64,000 nucleotides of DNA from an uncultured Methanosarcinales archaeon (GCA_964397315.1 CAYNHV010000004.1:1081-65080); one strand, 5' to 3'; shown: positions 44,148 through 54,099, numbered from the stretch's first letter. Notes: generated from the sequence alone by a model not told the origin. Numbers and translations are program-made.

Positions 44148-44279
44148 ATGTTCATGCCAAGCTTATTCAGGAAACCAAAAAGATTCATGGACTGGGAGTC
44201 ATACAAGAGGAGGATTGACTTTCTCTCTGACTTCTGGTTCCAGCAGGATGTTCGCGCTCAAAACATAAGGACTTCTTGA
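44148..44279 (+). CDS. Possible 43-aa protein
   Basis: ATG 5 nt after GGGAGGTGA. Followed by a hairpin plus T-rich tract at 44305-44334. Confidence 0.35.
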   Translation: MFMPSLFRKPKRFMDWESYKRRIDFLSDFWFQQDVRAQNIRTS

Positions 44280-44304
44280 CTTATGCCTAGCCAAAACACC
44301 TCAA

Positions 44305-44334
44305 AAGCCCCTTTTGGGGCTTCTTTTTCTTTTC
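44305..44334 (+). terminator. Hairpin plus T-rich tract
   Basis: AAGCCCC TTTT GGGGCTT CTTTTTCTTTT. Confidence 0.4.
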
Positions 44335-44386
44335 ATATATGACACATGAGCAAAATTTATAAAGAAATCAGCAGGAGGCAGTTTTT

Positions 44387-44959
44387 ATGAGGGTGCTCAC
44401 AAAAGAAGAGTTTGACATTGAGATAGAAAGCCATGTGGATAAGATACTAAAGGGAAGTGTGTTCATACACCCAACTGACACCATATACGGCCTGGGGTGC
44501 AACGCCCTTGACAGCAAGGCTGTGAAGAGGATAAGGGAGATAAAGAAAAGGCCCGAAGCCCCTTTTTCTGTCATAGCGCCCTCAAAGCCGTGGATAAAAG
44601 AGAACTGTGTTATTGACGAGAGCTCGCAGGAATGGTTTGACATGCTGCCGGGCCCCTACACTCTCGTGCTTAAGCTGAAGAACAAGAACTGTGTTACAGA
44701 GGAAGTTAACAAGGGACGGGACTCGCTTGGAGTGAGGCTTCCCCGGCACTGGTTCAACAGGGTTGTCAGGAAGCTTGGAGTGCCTGTTGTGACGACCAGC
44801 ATAAATGAGGCAGGCAAGAAGTTTGTTGCTTCAATAGACGAGATTGACCCTGAGATGAGGTCCAGGATAGACTTTGCAATAGATGAGGGGGAGAAGAAAG
44901 GAAGGCCCTCCAAGATAATAAACCTTGTGGGCGAGGAAGTGCTTGTGAAGGAGAGATAG
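44387..44959 (+). CDS. Sua5/YrdC/TsaC family L-threonylcarbamoyladenylate synthase (short form)
   Basis: VFIHPTDTIYGLGCNA, KRIREIKKRPEAPFSVI, LGVRLP, and TSIN. Confidence 0.85.
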   Translation: MRVLTKEEFDIEIESHVDKILKGSVFIHPTDTIYGLGCNALDSKAVKRIREIKKRPEAPFSVIAPSKPWIKENCVIDESSQEWFDMLPGPYTLVLKLKNKNCVTEEVNKGRDSLGVRLPRHWFNRVVRKLGVPVVTTSINEAGKKFVASIDEIDPEMRSRIDFAIDEGEKKGRPSKIINLVGEEVLVKER

Positions 44960-44967
44960 CCCCTCAA

Positions 44968-44980
44968 AATATTTAAATAC
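44968..44980 (+). promoter_or_regulatory. TATA-like box for the metallophosphoesterase gene
   Basis: AATATTTAAATAC is centred about 29 nt upstream of ATG 45003. Confidence 0.45.
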
Positions 44981-45002
44981 CCTTCTGGAATGATTACATA
45001 CT

Positions 45003-45647
45003 ATGACAGCAGACAAGAGAGCAAAGGATAATGAACATAAGAAGCTCAGGATACTCGCCTCCGGAGACATACACGGAGACAGGGATCTGGCAAAAAAGCT
45101 GGCTGACAGGGCTGACAAGGAGAACGCGGACCTTGTTATACTCTGCGGAGACCTCACAATGTTTGAGAGCAGCACCGAGGGTATAGTGGGGCCTTTCTCA
45201 AGAAAGCATAAGAAAGTCCTGCTCATTCCAGGAAATCATGAGAGCATCGCAACAACAGATTTCCTGGCAGAACTCTATGGGGTGAAGAACATCCACGGCT
45301 ATTCTGTCAAGTATAAGGACATAGGCATATTCGGAGCAGGAGGGGCTAACCTGGGGCTCCACCAGGTGAGCGAGAAAGAGGTTTACGACCTTCTAAAGAA
45401 AGGCTTTGACAGGATAAAATACCTCAACAAAAAGATAATGGTCACCCATGTCCATCCCTCAGGCACAAAAATGGAGAAATTCTCTGACATAGTAAAAGGC
45501 AGCGAGGGCGTGAAGAAGGCAATAGACAAGTTCCACCCTGACATCCTGCTGTGCAGCCACGTTCACGAGGCAGAGGGGATAGAGGAGAAGATAGGCACGA
45601 CTAAAGTCATGAATGTGGGCAAGAAAGGCAAGATTATTGAGTTGTGA
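45003..45647 (+). CDS. Calcineurin-like metallophosphoesterase
   Basis: ILASGDIHGD, CGDLT, GNHE, HVHP, and SHVHE motifs. Confidence 0.8.
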   Translation: MTADKRAKDNEHKKLRILASGDIHGDRDLAKKLADRADKENADLVILCGDLTMFESSTEGIVGPFSRKHKKVLLIPGNHESIATTDFLAELYGVKNIHGYSVKYKDIGIFGAGGANLGLHQVSEKEVYDLLKKGFDRIKYLNKKIMVTHVHPSGTKMEKFSDIVKGSEGVKKAIDKFHPDILLCSHVHEAEGIEEKIGTTKVMNVGKKGKIIEL

Positions 45648-45649
45648 GC

Positions 45650-46393
45650 TTATACAAACATCTTTAGGAGGGCAAACAGTGTTATCACAATGAACCCAAT
45701 CCTGAGTGTGTTATTGCTCAATCTGTCAGCATATCTGCTTCCTAAATAGCTTCCTGCTGAGCTTCCCGCTAGGAGCACAAGTGCGTAGGCTATCATCACT
45801 TTCCCTGCAATCACAAGGATAGGAACTGTTGACACCATCCTTATTATCCCGAATAATTTTCTTGTTGCGGATGACTCCAGGAATGTCATTCCAAAGAATA
45901 TGACAAGGGTGTAAGAAAGGAGTATGGCATACATTGGGCCGTACATCCCTGCATAAACCGCTATGAGGAAAATGGATATAAAACCTGTGGCAGTGTGTTT
46001 CCTGGATAGCCTCCTGAACCTCTTAACCCCAAGGTCCTTTTTTACAAAAAGGAGGGTTATGCCCGCTATAGTCACAGCAGCCACTATTATCTTAAGCAAG
46101 GTCTCAGGTATTGAAAAAAAGAAAAAGAGACCAACAAGATTTCCTATTAATCCGAGCGCTCCTGCTATCACAGCAAGCCTCCATAAAACAAGCTTCTTTC
46201 TGCTGAAATTGTATAATCCTATAAAGGGTGCTGTAAAGAATCCCGCCCTTGTTGTGCCGACAGCGATGTGAGGGGAAAGCCCCATCGCAATCAAAGCAGG
46301 AGTCATCAACAAGCCTGCTCCACCAATCACAACCCCCACCATGCCACTTATAAAAGAGAGAAGCAAAAGGATTATTATGATTGTTATATCCAT
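45650..46393 (-). CDS. TauE/SafE family anion exporter-like membrane protein
   Basis: 247 aa, 7-8 TM helices, GGAGLLMTPALI-type motif. Confidence 0.75.
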   Translation of the reverse strand: MDITIIIILLLLSFISGMVGVVIGGAGLLMTPALIAMGLSPHIAVGTTRAGFFTAPFIGLYNFSRKKLVLWRLAVIAGALGLIGNLVGLFFFFSIPETLLKIIVAAVTIAGITLLFVKKDLGVKRFRRLSRKHTATGFISIFLIAVYAGMYGPMYAILLSYTLVIFFGMTFLESSATRKLFGIIRMVSTVPILVIAGKVMIAYALVLLAGSSAGSYLGSRYADRLSNNTLRIGFIVITLFALLKMFV

Positions 46394-46425
46394 TTAATAT
46401 ACAAGAGTTATTTATTTTTAAAAAA

Positions 46426-47865
46426 TTATCCTTTCATGACGCTAAGGGGCATGAGCCTCACAACAGGCTCTCCAAGGCCGGTCTCCTTTGAGACCCGCAC
46501 CACCTCATCAATGTCCTTGTATATTCCTGGAGCCTCTTCTGCCACAGTCTTCCATGAGACTGATTTTATCTCAACACCCTTTTCTGAGAGCTCATCCCTT
46601 ATCTTCTCTCCCCTGAATCTCTTCAGGGCCTCATGCCTTGAGCCCAGCCTTCCTGCTCCATGTGCAGTTGAGCCAAAGGAGAGCTCCTCTGCCTTTTTTG
46701 TTCCCACCATAACATAGCTGGCAGTGCCCATAGAGCCGGGGATTATAACCGGCTGGCCCACGCTCCTGTAGGCTTCAGGAATCTCCTCCCTGCCAGGGCC
46801 AAAGCTTCTTGTGGCTCCCTTCCTGTGTACGCAAACCTTTTTCCGGCTGCCCTCAACCATGTGCTTCTCAATCTTTGCAATGTTATGGCAGACATCATAA
46901 ACAACATGAATGTCAGGCTCCCCGTATATTTTGTTGAAGCCCTCTCTCACCCAGTGGGTTATCATCTGCTTGTTCGCGAATGCAAAGTTGGCTGCAGCCC
47001 CCATCGCCTTCAGGTAATTCTGGCCGAGCTCCGAGTTCACAGGAGCGTTTATCAGCTCCCTGTCAGGAAGCCCCTCATGGCCGTACTTGTCCTCCATCTG
47101 CTTTATATAATCCGAGGCCACCTGGTGGCCCAGGCCGCGGGATCCGCAGTGTATCATGATGCAGACATTGTTGCTGCTGTCAATGCCGAAAGAGCCTGCT
47201 GTCTGACTGTTGAGTATCTTATCTACTTTCTGAATCTCAAGAAAATGATTTCCCGCTCCCAGGCTGCCAAGCTGGGGCATTCCCCTCTTCAGGGCCCTCT
47301 CAGAAACATACGACGTGTCAGCCTCCATCATGCCTTCCTCTTCAGTATGCCTGTAGTCCTCCTCAGTCCCGTATCCCTGGGAGACAGCCCATCTTGCGCC
47401 CTTTGACAGCACTTCCAGGAGCTCTTCCTTGCTTATCCTTGTCTTGCCTCCCCTGCCGACTCCAGCCGGAACATTATTGAAGAGTTCATTAAGGACCTCT
47501 TTTCTTTTTTTCATGAAATCATCAACAGACAGGCCTGTCCTTAGAAGCCTTACAGAACAATTTATGTCATAACCTACACCGCCAGGAGAGATTATGCCCT
47601 CATCCATATCAAACGCAGCAACACCCCCTATGGGGAACCCATACCCTTGATGCGCGTCAGGCATGACATATGATGCCTTCTGTATGCCCTTAAGGCAGGC
47701 CACATTGGACGCCTGCTCCAGTGTCTTGTCCTTTCTTATGCTCTCCATAAGTTTCTCAGAAGCATAGACAAAAGCTGGCACTCTCATGCTGCCGTGCTTT
47801 GGTATCTCCCAGACATTACTGCCTGATTTTTTTGTTTCCATAAGCAGGAACCTGATAGACACCAT
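46426..47865 (-). CDS. rtcB: RNA-splicing ligase RtcB (no intein)
   Basis: MPDAHQGYGFPIGG, GYDINC, HCGSRGLGHQ, and GSMGT..AHGAGR, at the standard 479-aa length. Confidence 0.95.
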   Translation of the reverse strand: MVSIRFLLMETKKSGSNVWEIPKHGSMRVPAFVYASEKLMESIRKDKTLEQASNVACLKGIQKASYVMPDAHQGYGFPIGGVAAFDMDEGIISPGGVGYDINCSVRLLRTGLSVDDFMKKRKEVLNELFNNVPAGVGRGGKTRISKEELLEVLSKGARWAVSQGYGTEEDYRHTEEEGMMEADTSYVSERALKRGMPQLGSLGAGNHFLEIQKVDKILNSQTAGSFGIDSSNNVCIMIHCGSRGLGHQVASDYIKQMEDKYGHEGLPDRELINAPVNSELGQNYLKAMGAAANFAFANKQMITHWVREGFNKIYGEPDIHVVYDVCHNIAKIEKHMVEGSRKKVCVHRKGATRSFGPGREEIPEAYRSVGQPVIIPGSMGTASYVMVGTKKAEELSFGSTAHGAGRLGSRHEALKRFRGEKIRDELSEKGVEIKSVSWKTVAEEAPGIYKDIDEVVRVSKETGLGEPVVRLMPLSVMKG

Positions 47866-47960
47866 TTATATATTTTTCCATCACAATTTCAACATCATGA
47901 GGAAGTGGGTTAGATCATGGCAAAATTTTTAAAGAATAGGCGTGTGATTATCATCTTATC

Positions 47961-48155
47961 ATGTGGCCTTTCAAAAGAAAAGACAAAAACAAGAGAGAGG
48001 GCAAAAAAAAGGTGTCCAGGCCTGACTACAGCAGGCTTGTGGAGCAGGACAAGAAAATGCCTTCTGAGGAGGATCTTGAGAGGATGGACTCCAGTTTCAG
48101 GGACAAGGTCGGCTACCTCATGACTAAAGTTCTCAGGAGAAAGAAAAGGCTTTGA
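47961..48155 (+). CDS. Possible small basic protein
   Basis: 64-aa ORF in a 360-bp gap. No family and no clear SD. Confidence 0.25.
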   Translation: MWPFKRKDKNKREGKKKVSRPDYSRLVEQDKKMPSEEDLERMDSSFRDKVGYLMTKVLRRKKRL

Positions 48156-48224
48156 TTGCAAGCGCTGCAGATGTTTGTTAAGCTCTAAAAAAGAAAAATC
48201 AAAGAAAAAGATAAAAAAAAGTTA

Positions 48225-49208
48225 TCAGATGATGCCTTTTACCTTGCCTGGCCCTGCTGCAGCGTCTGCACCAGGTGCTTCATCCTCAGCTTCTGAGTCC
48301 TCTTCAGGCTCATCATCAATTATATCTTCCTGCTCTTCCTCTGTCTCATTTTCTTCATCGTCAGCTTCATCCATGCCTGCCTGCTCTGACTGCTCTCTTG
48401 CCTCCTCAATCCTTTCCCTGGCCTGGCTTATCCTAGCCTGAGCCTGGTCTGCTGCTTTTTCGCTGCCCTTTCTTGCCTCTTTGATCTGCTCAACCATCTC
48501 TTCAACCTCTTCAGCAGACTTGCCGGTCTTTGCCTGCACCTTTACCCTTATCTTGTTCTGCTTTTCCTCCATTTTGGCCTTGACATCGTTGGTATTGCTT
48601 CTCATTGAGGAGATGAGCTTTCCAAGCTTCACCTGCTGCTCTTCAGCGAGGCCCTTCAGTTCTTTGACTCTTGCGCCGAATCTTTCCATCTCCTGCTCCT
48701 GCTCCTGAAGCTTCTCTTCTATGGCAAGCTGCGCTTTTAGGGATTCCTCAGGCTCCTCGCCGTCAATGGATTCAGCATCCTGCTGCACCCTTTTCATGGC
48801 TTTCTCATGCGCCTTTTTTGCCTTCTCTGCCTGCTCCATCTTCTTCTCCTGCACCATTGACTTGACTTCAAGAAGCCTCTCTCTTGCGTGCTCAAGCCCT
48901 TTCTGTGCTTTTGCAGACTTGTTGAAGGTCATTGCAAGGCTTATTCTCTCCATTGCCCTCTCAAGACCCCATAAAACCGGGCTGTCAGGGCCAACTCCTG
49001 CCTCTTCTTTTTCCTCCTCTGTCAGGAGCTCTTCTTCTGCGTCCTCAGCAACATCTCCTGTTGCATCTCCTGAGGCATCTGTCAGGTTCTCCTGCTCTTC
49101 CTCAGACTGCTCAGCTGTCTGGTTAGCGCCTGTCTCCTGCGCAAATGCTGCTGACGCCATGCTCAACATCATGAGCAGGACCACAAACACGCTTAATGCC
49201 TTTCTCAT
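48225..49208 (-). CDS. Secreted helical-repeat/coiled-coil acidic protein
   Basis: ATG 49208 lies 8 nt after GGAGGT. Signal peptide MRKALSVFVVLLMMLSMASAAFA. SPVLWGLERAMERISLAMTF and repeated A-K-x-E helices (resembles DUF5667, from memory). Acidic tail. Confidence 0.6.
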   Translation of the reverse strand: MRKALSVFVVLLMMLSMASAAFAQETGANQTAEQSEEEQENLTDASGDATGDVAEDAEEELLTEEEKEEAGVGPDSPVLWGLERAMERISLAMTFNKSAKAQKGLEHARERLLEVKSMVQEKKMEQAEKAKKAHEKAMKRVQQDAESIDGEEPEESLKAQLAIEEKLQEQEQEMERFGARVKELKGLAEEQQVKLGKLISSMRSNTNDVKAKMEEKQNKIRVKVQAKTGKSAEEVEEMVEQIKEARKGSEKAADQAQARISQARERIEEAREQSEQAGMDEADDEENETEEEQEDIIDDEPEEDSEAEDEAPGADAAAGPGKVKGII

Positions 49209-49248
49209 TTTTCCTACCTCCATGTTTGCTTATTTTTATTGGGGAGCA

Positions 49249-49809
49249 TCAGATATAACTCACCCTTGACTTCTTGTCTTCTGGATTCCCATTTGGCTTA
49301 TAAAAGTTGGGGTTATCTGAACCAACAAGCCCATTAGACTCCTCTAATGGTGTCTTATGCTCTTCCATGTATTCGTTAATCTTGTGCTGAAGGTCATCTG
49401 CCCTGTATATAAGGTTTTTGACTGCCTTCTCAGCCAGTGTTTTCAGGGGCAGATATGTGTCCTTCACCATTGATTCTATGTTTATATCAGGAAGGGAGGA
49501 TATGACAGAGCTTGTTTCATTTTCCTCATCATTTATTCTTGATATGCTGGGCTTCAACTGCCTTAGTTTTGCATAAGCCTGATTCATGCCTCTTTCCCTG
49601 TCTGCGGATTTATAAAAGTCTCTCTCTGCTTTAGCCAGCATATTATGAATCCATCCTATGTTTGACAGGCTGTCCTCATGCCCGTTTAGCCTTCCCTTGA
49701 TCAACTCAGACTGGTCATCAATGCTGAACATGTCAAAGATCGCAGAGATATAGGTGGCCCTATCGCCAATGACGTATTTGCTGTCCGCAGCTTGATTGTT
49801 TGCTTCCAT
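49249..49809 (-). CDS. Hypothetical protein
   Basis: 186-aa ORF with AGGGAG before the ATG. No recognised family. Confidence 0.5.
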   Translation of the reverse strand: MEANNQAADSKYVIGDRATYISAIFDMFSIDDQSELIKGRLNGHEDSLSNIGWIHNMLAKAERDFYKSADRERGMNQAYAKLRQLKPSISRINDEENETSSVISSLPDINIESMVKDTYLPLKTLAEKAVKNLIYRADDLQHKINEYMEEHKTPLEESNGLVGSDNPNFYKPNGNPEDKKSRVSYI

Positions 49810-50027
49810 TTTGAGTCTCCCTTAGTTCTCTTATCGTGATGTTCTTGTTTTATGTGATGTGAGTGTAAGCAGGGGCCACGAAGGGGTTGGTGTGGTATTG
49901 CGCCGTGGCCCGAGCTTGGGATAGGGCATGATGGGAGCTGTGTCTACTTAATTTTTATCTGGTGAACACACCCCTTAAGGCCTTTAGAAACAGGCTTTAG
50001 AGCATTTTAAGGTTCGTATATGTTCAT

Positions 50028-50978
50028 TCACTGCTCTTTAAGAAAAACAAGGTTTTTCTTGCCTCTTTTCTCTCTGTGGACTATTTTGCGGTCCTCAAGC
50101 TCTTTAAGAAGTCCTGAAAGCTTTGCTTTTGAGAATCCGGTGATTATTCTTAGTGTTCCCTGCTCGCACTTTCCCTCTCTCTGCTTCAGGAGGTTAACAA
50201 CCTGCTCTTCATCCTCCTTGAGGTGCTTTCCGAAGCTGCCCTCCTCCTCAGGGCCTTTCCCTGGCTCCTCTGCCTTCTCCTGAGGCTCCTCATAAGCCCT
50301 CTTTGCCCTCTTCCTTGACCTGTAAACTGCCATTCCAAAGTACGCTCCAATGCCCAGGATAAGGGCGGCAATCAAGACCCCAAGCACTGTGATGTAGAAA
50401 GAGCTTGCCTGCCTCTTGTACCTCACAAAAAAGCTCTTCTCCTCCCCCTTGTCAACTGAACCATAATCCCATATGAGTATTATTGACCTGCCGTCAGTGA
50501 GCGCGCTTGAAGGCTTTGGATACACTGAACCATGGCCCACCCGCGACTCTGAAAGGGGCTTTGCAAGCACGGCATTTTCAGGAAGAACAAGCTTTATCCT
50601 GAGCTCGCTTATGTTATACTGAGCCCTGAATGAGGCTGTAAAGTCAGTCCCGTCCAGGAAGTCAGGGGTTACATAGCTGAACCTTACTCTTTTTGCAGAG
50701 GAAAGGTTAATCATCAGCTTGCTATCTTCTGTCTCATAAGCGCTGTTGCTTCTGTCCACCTTCACGCTCAGCCCTTTCGTGTTTGAGGGAATGTCAAGAA
50801 CAAGCTCTCTGCTTAAAGGGCTTTCAAACGCAATGTCTTCTGCAACAACAACAGCGCCGTAAGCCACGTTGAATGTGATATTATGAGACTCAACCCCCCT
50901 GGCTGCTGCGCCTGTGCTCAGCAGCACAGCTGAGGCTAATACAAGAGCTGCTGCCATAAGAATATTGAGGACTTTCAT
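50028..50978 (-). CDS. Membrane-tethered winged-helix regulator (signal peptide, extracytoplasmic domain, TM helix, cytoplasmic wHTH)
   Basis: N-terminal signal helix, ~190-aa beta-rich domain, TM helix FYITVLGVLIAALILGIGAYF, then EQVVNLLKQREGKCEQGTLRIITGFSKAKLSGLLKELEDRKIV. Confidence 0.6.
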   Translation of the reverse strand: MKVLNILMAAALVLASAVLLSTGAAARGVESHNITFNVAYGAVVVAEDIAFESPLSRELVLDIPSNTKGLSVKVDRSNSAYETEDSKLMINLSSAKRVRFSYVTPDFLDGTDFTASFRAQYNISELRIKLVLPENAVLAKPLSESRVGHGSVYPKPSSALTDGRSIILIWDYGSVDKGEEKSFFVRYKRQASSFYITVLGVLIAALILGIGAYFGMAVYRSRKRAKRAYEEPQEKAEEPGKGPEEEGSFGKHLKEDEEQVVNLLKQREGKCEQGTLRIITGFSKAKLSGLLKELEDRKIVHREKRGKKNLVFLKEQ

Positions 50979-51004
50979 GATTAAAGCACATGATAGAGGA
51001 GTAA

Positions 51005-51016
51005 ATTATTTAAATC
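51005..51016 (+). promoter_or_regulatory. TATA-like box for rtcA
   Basis: ATTATTTAAATC is centred about 27 nt upstream of ATG 51037. Confidence 0.45.
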
Positions 51017-51036
51017 TATCGCAAGCCAGCATCAGC

Positions 51037-52113
51037 ATGACAATCAAGCCAATCCATCTTGACGGAAGCTACAAGGAGGGAGGAGGCCAGATAGTGAGGA
51101 CAGCTTTGGCTCTTTCTGCTGTAACCCAGAAGCCTTTTGAGGTTGCGGGAATAAGAAAGGGCAGGCCCAAGCCTGGGCTGAAAAGCCAGCACCTCCACTG
51201 CATAAAGGCTCTTGAGAAATTATGCAATGCAAGGGCTGAAGGCGCGGAACTCGGCTCAGAGATGGTGAGATTCTCTCCCGGAAAGGCCAGGCCGCAGAAT
51301 CTTGATATTGACATAGGAACAGCAGGCTCAATAACATTGTTCCTCCAGTCTTTAATGCTTCCCTGCATGCTTGCTGAGGGAAAGACAGGCATAAAGGTAA
51401 GGGGAGGCACTGACACCAAGTGGAGCATGCCCATTGATTATTTCAGCGAAGTGCTTCTTCCCCAGCTAAGAAGATATGCGGGGATTGATTTTACGCTTGA
51501 GAAAAGAGGGTATTATCCAAAAGGGGGAGGCTCTGTGGCATTAAGGATAAATCCCCTGTTCACGCCCGGAAAAGAAAAGGGCGCGCCGGAACTCAGGATA
51601 ATGGAGCAGGCAGGTGTTGTGCACATAAAGGGGGTGAGCCATGCATCAGCATCCCTTGAGAGGGCAAGAGTTGCTGAGAGGCAGGCGGAATCAGCAGCAG
51701 CTGCGCTTAAGGAGGCAGGGTGTCCTGTTGACATAAGGACAGAATACTGCAATACCTCCTCAGACGGATCAGGAATCACGCTCTGGGGAGTTCTTTCCAG
51801 AGACAAGGATGAGATAGACCTTAACAATCCCATAAGAGTTGGTGCTGACTCTCTGGGAGAGAGGGGGAAGAAAGCAGAGGTTGTAGGAAGGGAGGCTGCT
51901 ACCAGGCTTCTCAGGGCAATAAAGGCAGGGGCTCCTGTTGACAGGCATCTTGCTGACAATCTCATACCCATTATGGGAATCTTCGGCGGCAGCATCAGGG
52001 CAGCTGAGATAACAGGCCACACCCTCACCAATATCTATGTAACAGAGAAATTCCTTGATGTGAAGTTCAGGGTTGATGAGAACGAGAGGGTTATAAACGC
52101 GGATGCTGGTTAA
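51037..52113 (+). CDS. rtcA: RNA 3'-terminal phosphate cyclase RtcA
   Basis: IHLDGSYKEGGGQIVRTALALS, GLKSQHL, and the catalytic-His region ADNLIP. ATG 51037 is preferred over the longer ORF-track start. Confidence 0.9.
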   Translation: MTIKPIHLDGSYKEGGGQIVRTALALSAVTQKPFEVAGIRKGRPKPGLKSQHLHCIKALEKLCNARAEGAELGSEMVRFSPGKARPQNLDIDIGTAGSITLFLQSLMLPCMLAEGKTGIKVRGGTDTKWSMPIDYFSEVLLPQLRRYAGIDFTLEKRGYYPKGGGSVALRINPLFTPGKEKGAPELRIMEQAGVVHIKGVSHASASLERARVAERQAESAAAALKEAGCPVDIRTEYCNTSSDGSGITLWGVLSRDKDEIDLNNPIRVGADSLGERGKKAEVVGREAATRLLRAIKAGAPVDRHLADNLIPIMGIFGGSIRAAEITGHTLTNIYVTEKFLDVKFRVDENERVINADAG

Positions 52114-52161
52114 AGCAATAAGAATAGCAGCTAAAATAAGGGACAGTTAAACAAAGAGATT

Positions 52162-54099
52162 TTATCCAAGCATTCCCAGCTCAATGTCGGTCTTCAGCTC
52201 CATTATCTCGTAATATACTTTCTTCCTGTCCTCTATGTCCTTGAGGCTGGAGTATTCCTTTTTTATCCTGTCGTAGATGTTTTTTGCGCCTTCAAAATCA
52301 TTCTGGTGTATCGCGCTCCTTGCCTGCTCTATGAGGGAGTAGACGGCCAGGGTGGACGGCTTTTCCGCTTTTGAGGCTTCTGAAACAACACCTGAGATGC
52401 CTTTCATCTTAAGCTCGCTCTGCGGCATCCTGAACACTTTCTTCTTAAGCTCTTCTTCCTCGCTCTTGAGCTCCTTCAGGCCCTTTTCCAGCATCTCCTC
52501 CTTCCTGTCCAGCATCTCCTCCTTCTCCCTGAGATGCTTTTCTTTCTTCTCAAGCTCCTTGAGGTCAGAGAGCTTTGCCACCTTCTTGTTTATCTCCTTT
52601 TCAAGAGAGGAAATCTCTTTTTCCATCTCTTTTGACATCTTTTCCTTTGATTTCCTGAGCGAGCTTATGCTTGTCTTGAGCTCTTTTGCCTCCTCAATCT
52701 TCTTGAGCCTCTTGTCCAGCTCATTGGTTTTCTTCTTCCACTCCTTTTCAATATCAGAAGCCTTCTTCTTTTTGTCCTCAATCTCCTTCTCTCTCTTTTC
52801 AAGCTGGCTCTCCCTTGCCTCCAGCTCGTCTATTGCCTGCAGGACCTTTTTCTCCCTCTCCTCAATCTCTTTCTTGTCCTCCTCTATCCTGCTGCTTAAA
52901 GACTGTATCTCATCCTCTCTTTTCTTCAGGTCAGCAAGGTCTTCCTCCATGTCCCTTACCCTCTCTACCACATCATTCTCCTTCTCAGAAAGCTCTTTCT
53001 CTTTCTCCTCAAGGTTTCTCACGTACTCTGACTTTTCCTCAATGTCATTTTCCAGCTTTTCCTTTTTCTTGGTGAGCTTCAGTATGTCATCATCTATGCT
53101 TTTGACAGTCTTTTTGGCTGACTCCTCCTGCTTCTGCAGCTGATTCTCCTTCTTTTTCAGCTCTGCTTCTTTCTCATTCAGCTTGGTCTCCTTGTCAAGA
53201 AGATAGCTCTGCTTGTCATCCAGTTTCTTCTTAAGCTCCTCATTCAGCTCTTTCCTTTTTATCAGCTTGTTCTCCCTCTCAGAGAGCTCGTTCTGCTTCT
53301 CGTCAATCAGCTTTCTTTCCCTCTTCAGGAAAAGGCTTGCCTCCTTGACTTCCTTCCTCTTCTCATTGACCTTCTTTTCAAGATCGTCTTTTGTTGACTG
53401 CAGGCTTTCTATCTCTTTCTTAAGCGAGGCGCTCTTGCCTGTCAGGGACTCAACCTCTTTCTTGAGATTCTTGTATGTCTTACTGAACTCATCCTGCCTT
53501 TTCTTCAGGTCCTCTTCAGCCTTCTTCAGCCCCTCCTCTTTTGAGTTCAGGCTTGCCTCTTTTTTGCTCAGGTTCTCTGATTTTTCCTTTAGCTTGTCAG
53601 AGAGTTTTATCAGCAGCTTCTGCTTGCTGGAGAGCGCCTTCTCCTTCTTGGGAGCTTCTTTCTTCTGCATGTTTATCTCATGCTCAAGATCCCTGAGCTC
53701 AGCCTCTTTCTTTTCAACCTCTTTGCTCAGGCTTTCATACCTCTTCATGAGCTTGTCCATGTCCTTTTCCAGTTCCTCCCCTGAAGCCCCCCCATTTCCT
53801 TTTGAGGATTTTTTCTCAGACTTCTTTTCATTCTTATCTATCTCTTCTGCTCTCTTGTCAAGCTCCTTTTCCTTCTTCAGAAGCTCTGCTCTCTTCTTGT
53901 CTATCTCTTCAGAAAGGTCCTTCAGAAGTTTCTCCTTGTCCTTTGGGGCGTCTTTTTCTGAGTTTTTGTTTGAGCTGTCCTTGCCCTCTTTGTCCTTTTT
54001 CCTGCTGAAGACTTTTGAGAGAATCCCTTCCCTGCCTTCGTCAGGCAAGGGAGGCGGACCTAGGACATCACCATGCGTGTCACTGTCAGCATCTGCCAT
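52162..54099 (-). CDS. 645-aa K/E-rich coiled-coil protein with short globular C-terminal helical domain
   Basis: Nearly continuous heptad-like KE-rich sequence. The C-terminus is YSLIEQARSAIHQNDFEGAKNIYDRIKKEY... No ATPase motifs, so it is not SMC/Rad50. Confidence 0.6.
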   Translation of the reverse strand: MADADSDTHGDVLGPPPLPDEGREGILSKVFSRKKDKEGKDSSNKNSEKDAPKDKEKLLKDLSEEIDKKRAELLKKEKELDKRAEEIDKNEKKSEKKSSKGNGGASGEELEKDMDKLMKRYESLSKEVEKKEAELRDLEHEINMQKKEAPKKEKALSSKQKLLIKLSDKLKEKSENLSKKEASLNSKEEGLKKAEEDLKKRQDEFSKTYKNLKKEVESLTGKSASLKKEIESLQSTKDDLEKKVNEKRKEVKEASLFLKRERKLIDEKQNELSERENKLIKRKELNEELKKKLDDKQSYLLDKETKLNEKEAELKKKENQLQKQEESAKKTVKSIDDDILKLTKKKEKLENDIEEKSEYVRNLEEKEKELSEKENDVVERVRDMEEDLADLKKREDEIQSLSSRIEEDKKEIEEREKKVLQAIDELEARESQLEKREKEIEDKKKKASDIEKEWKKKTNELDKRLKKIEEAKELKTSISSLRKSKEKMSKEMEKEISSLEKEINKKVAKLSDLKELEKKEKHLREKEEMLDRKEEMLEKGLKELKSEEEELKKKVFRMPQSELKMKGISGVVSEASKAEKPSTLAVYSLIEQARSAIHQNDFEGAKNIYDRIKKEYSSLKDIEDRKKVYYEIMELKTDIELGMLG

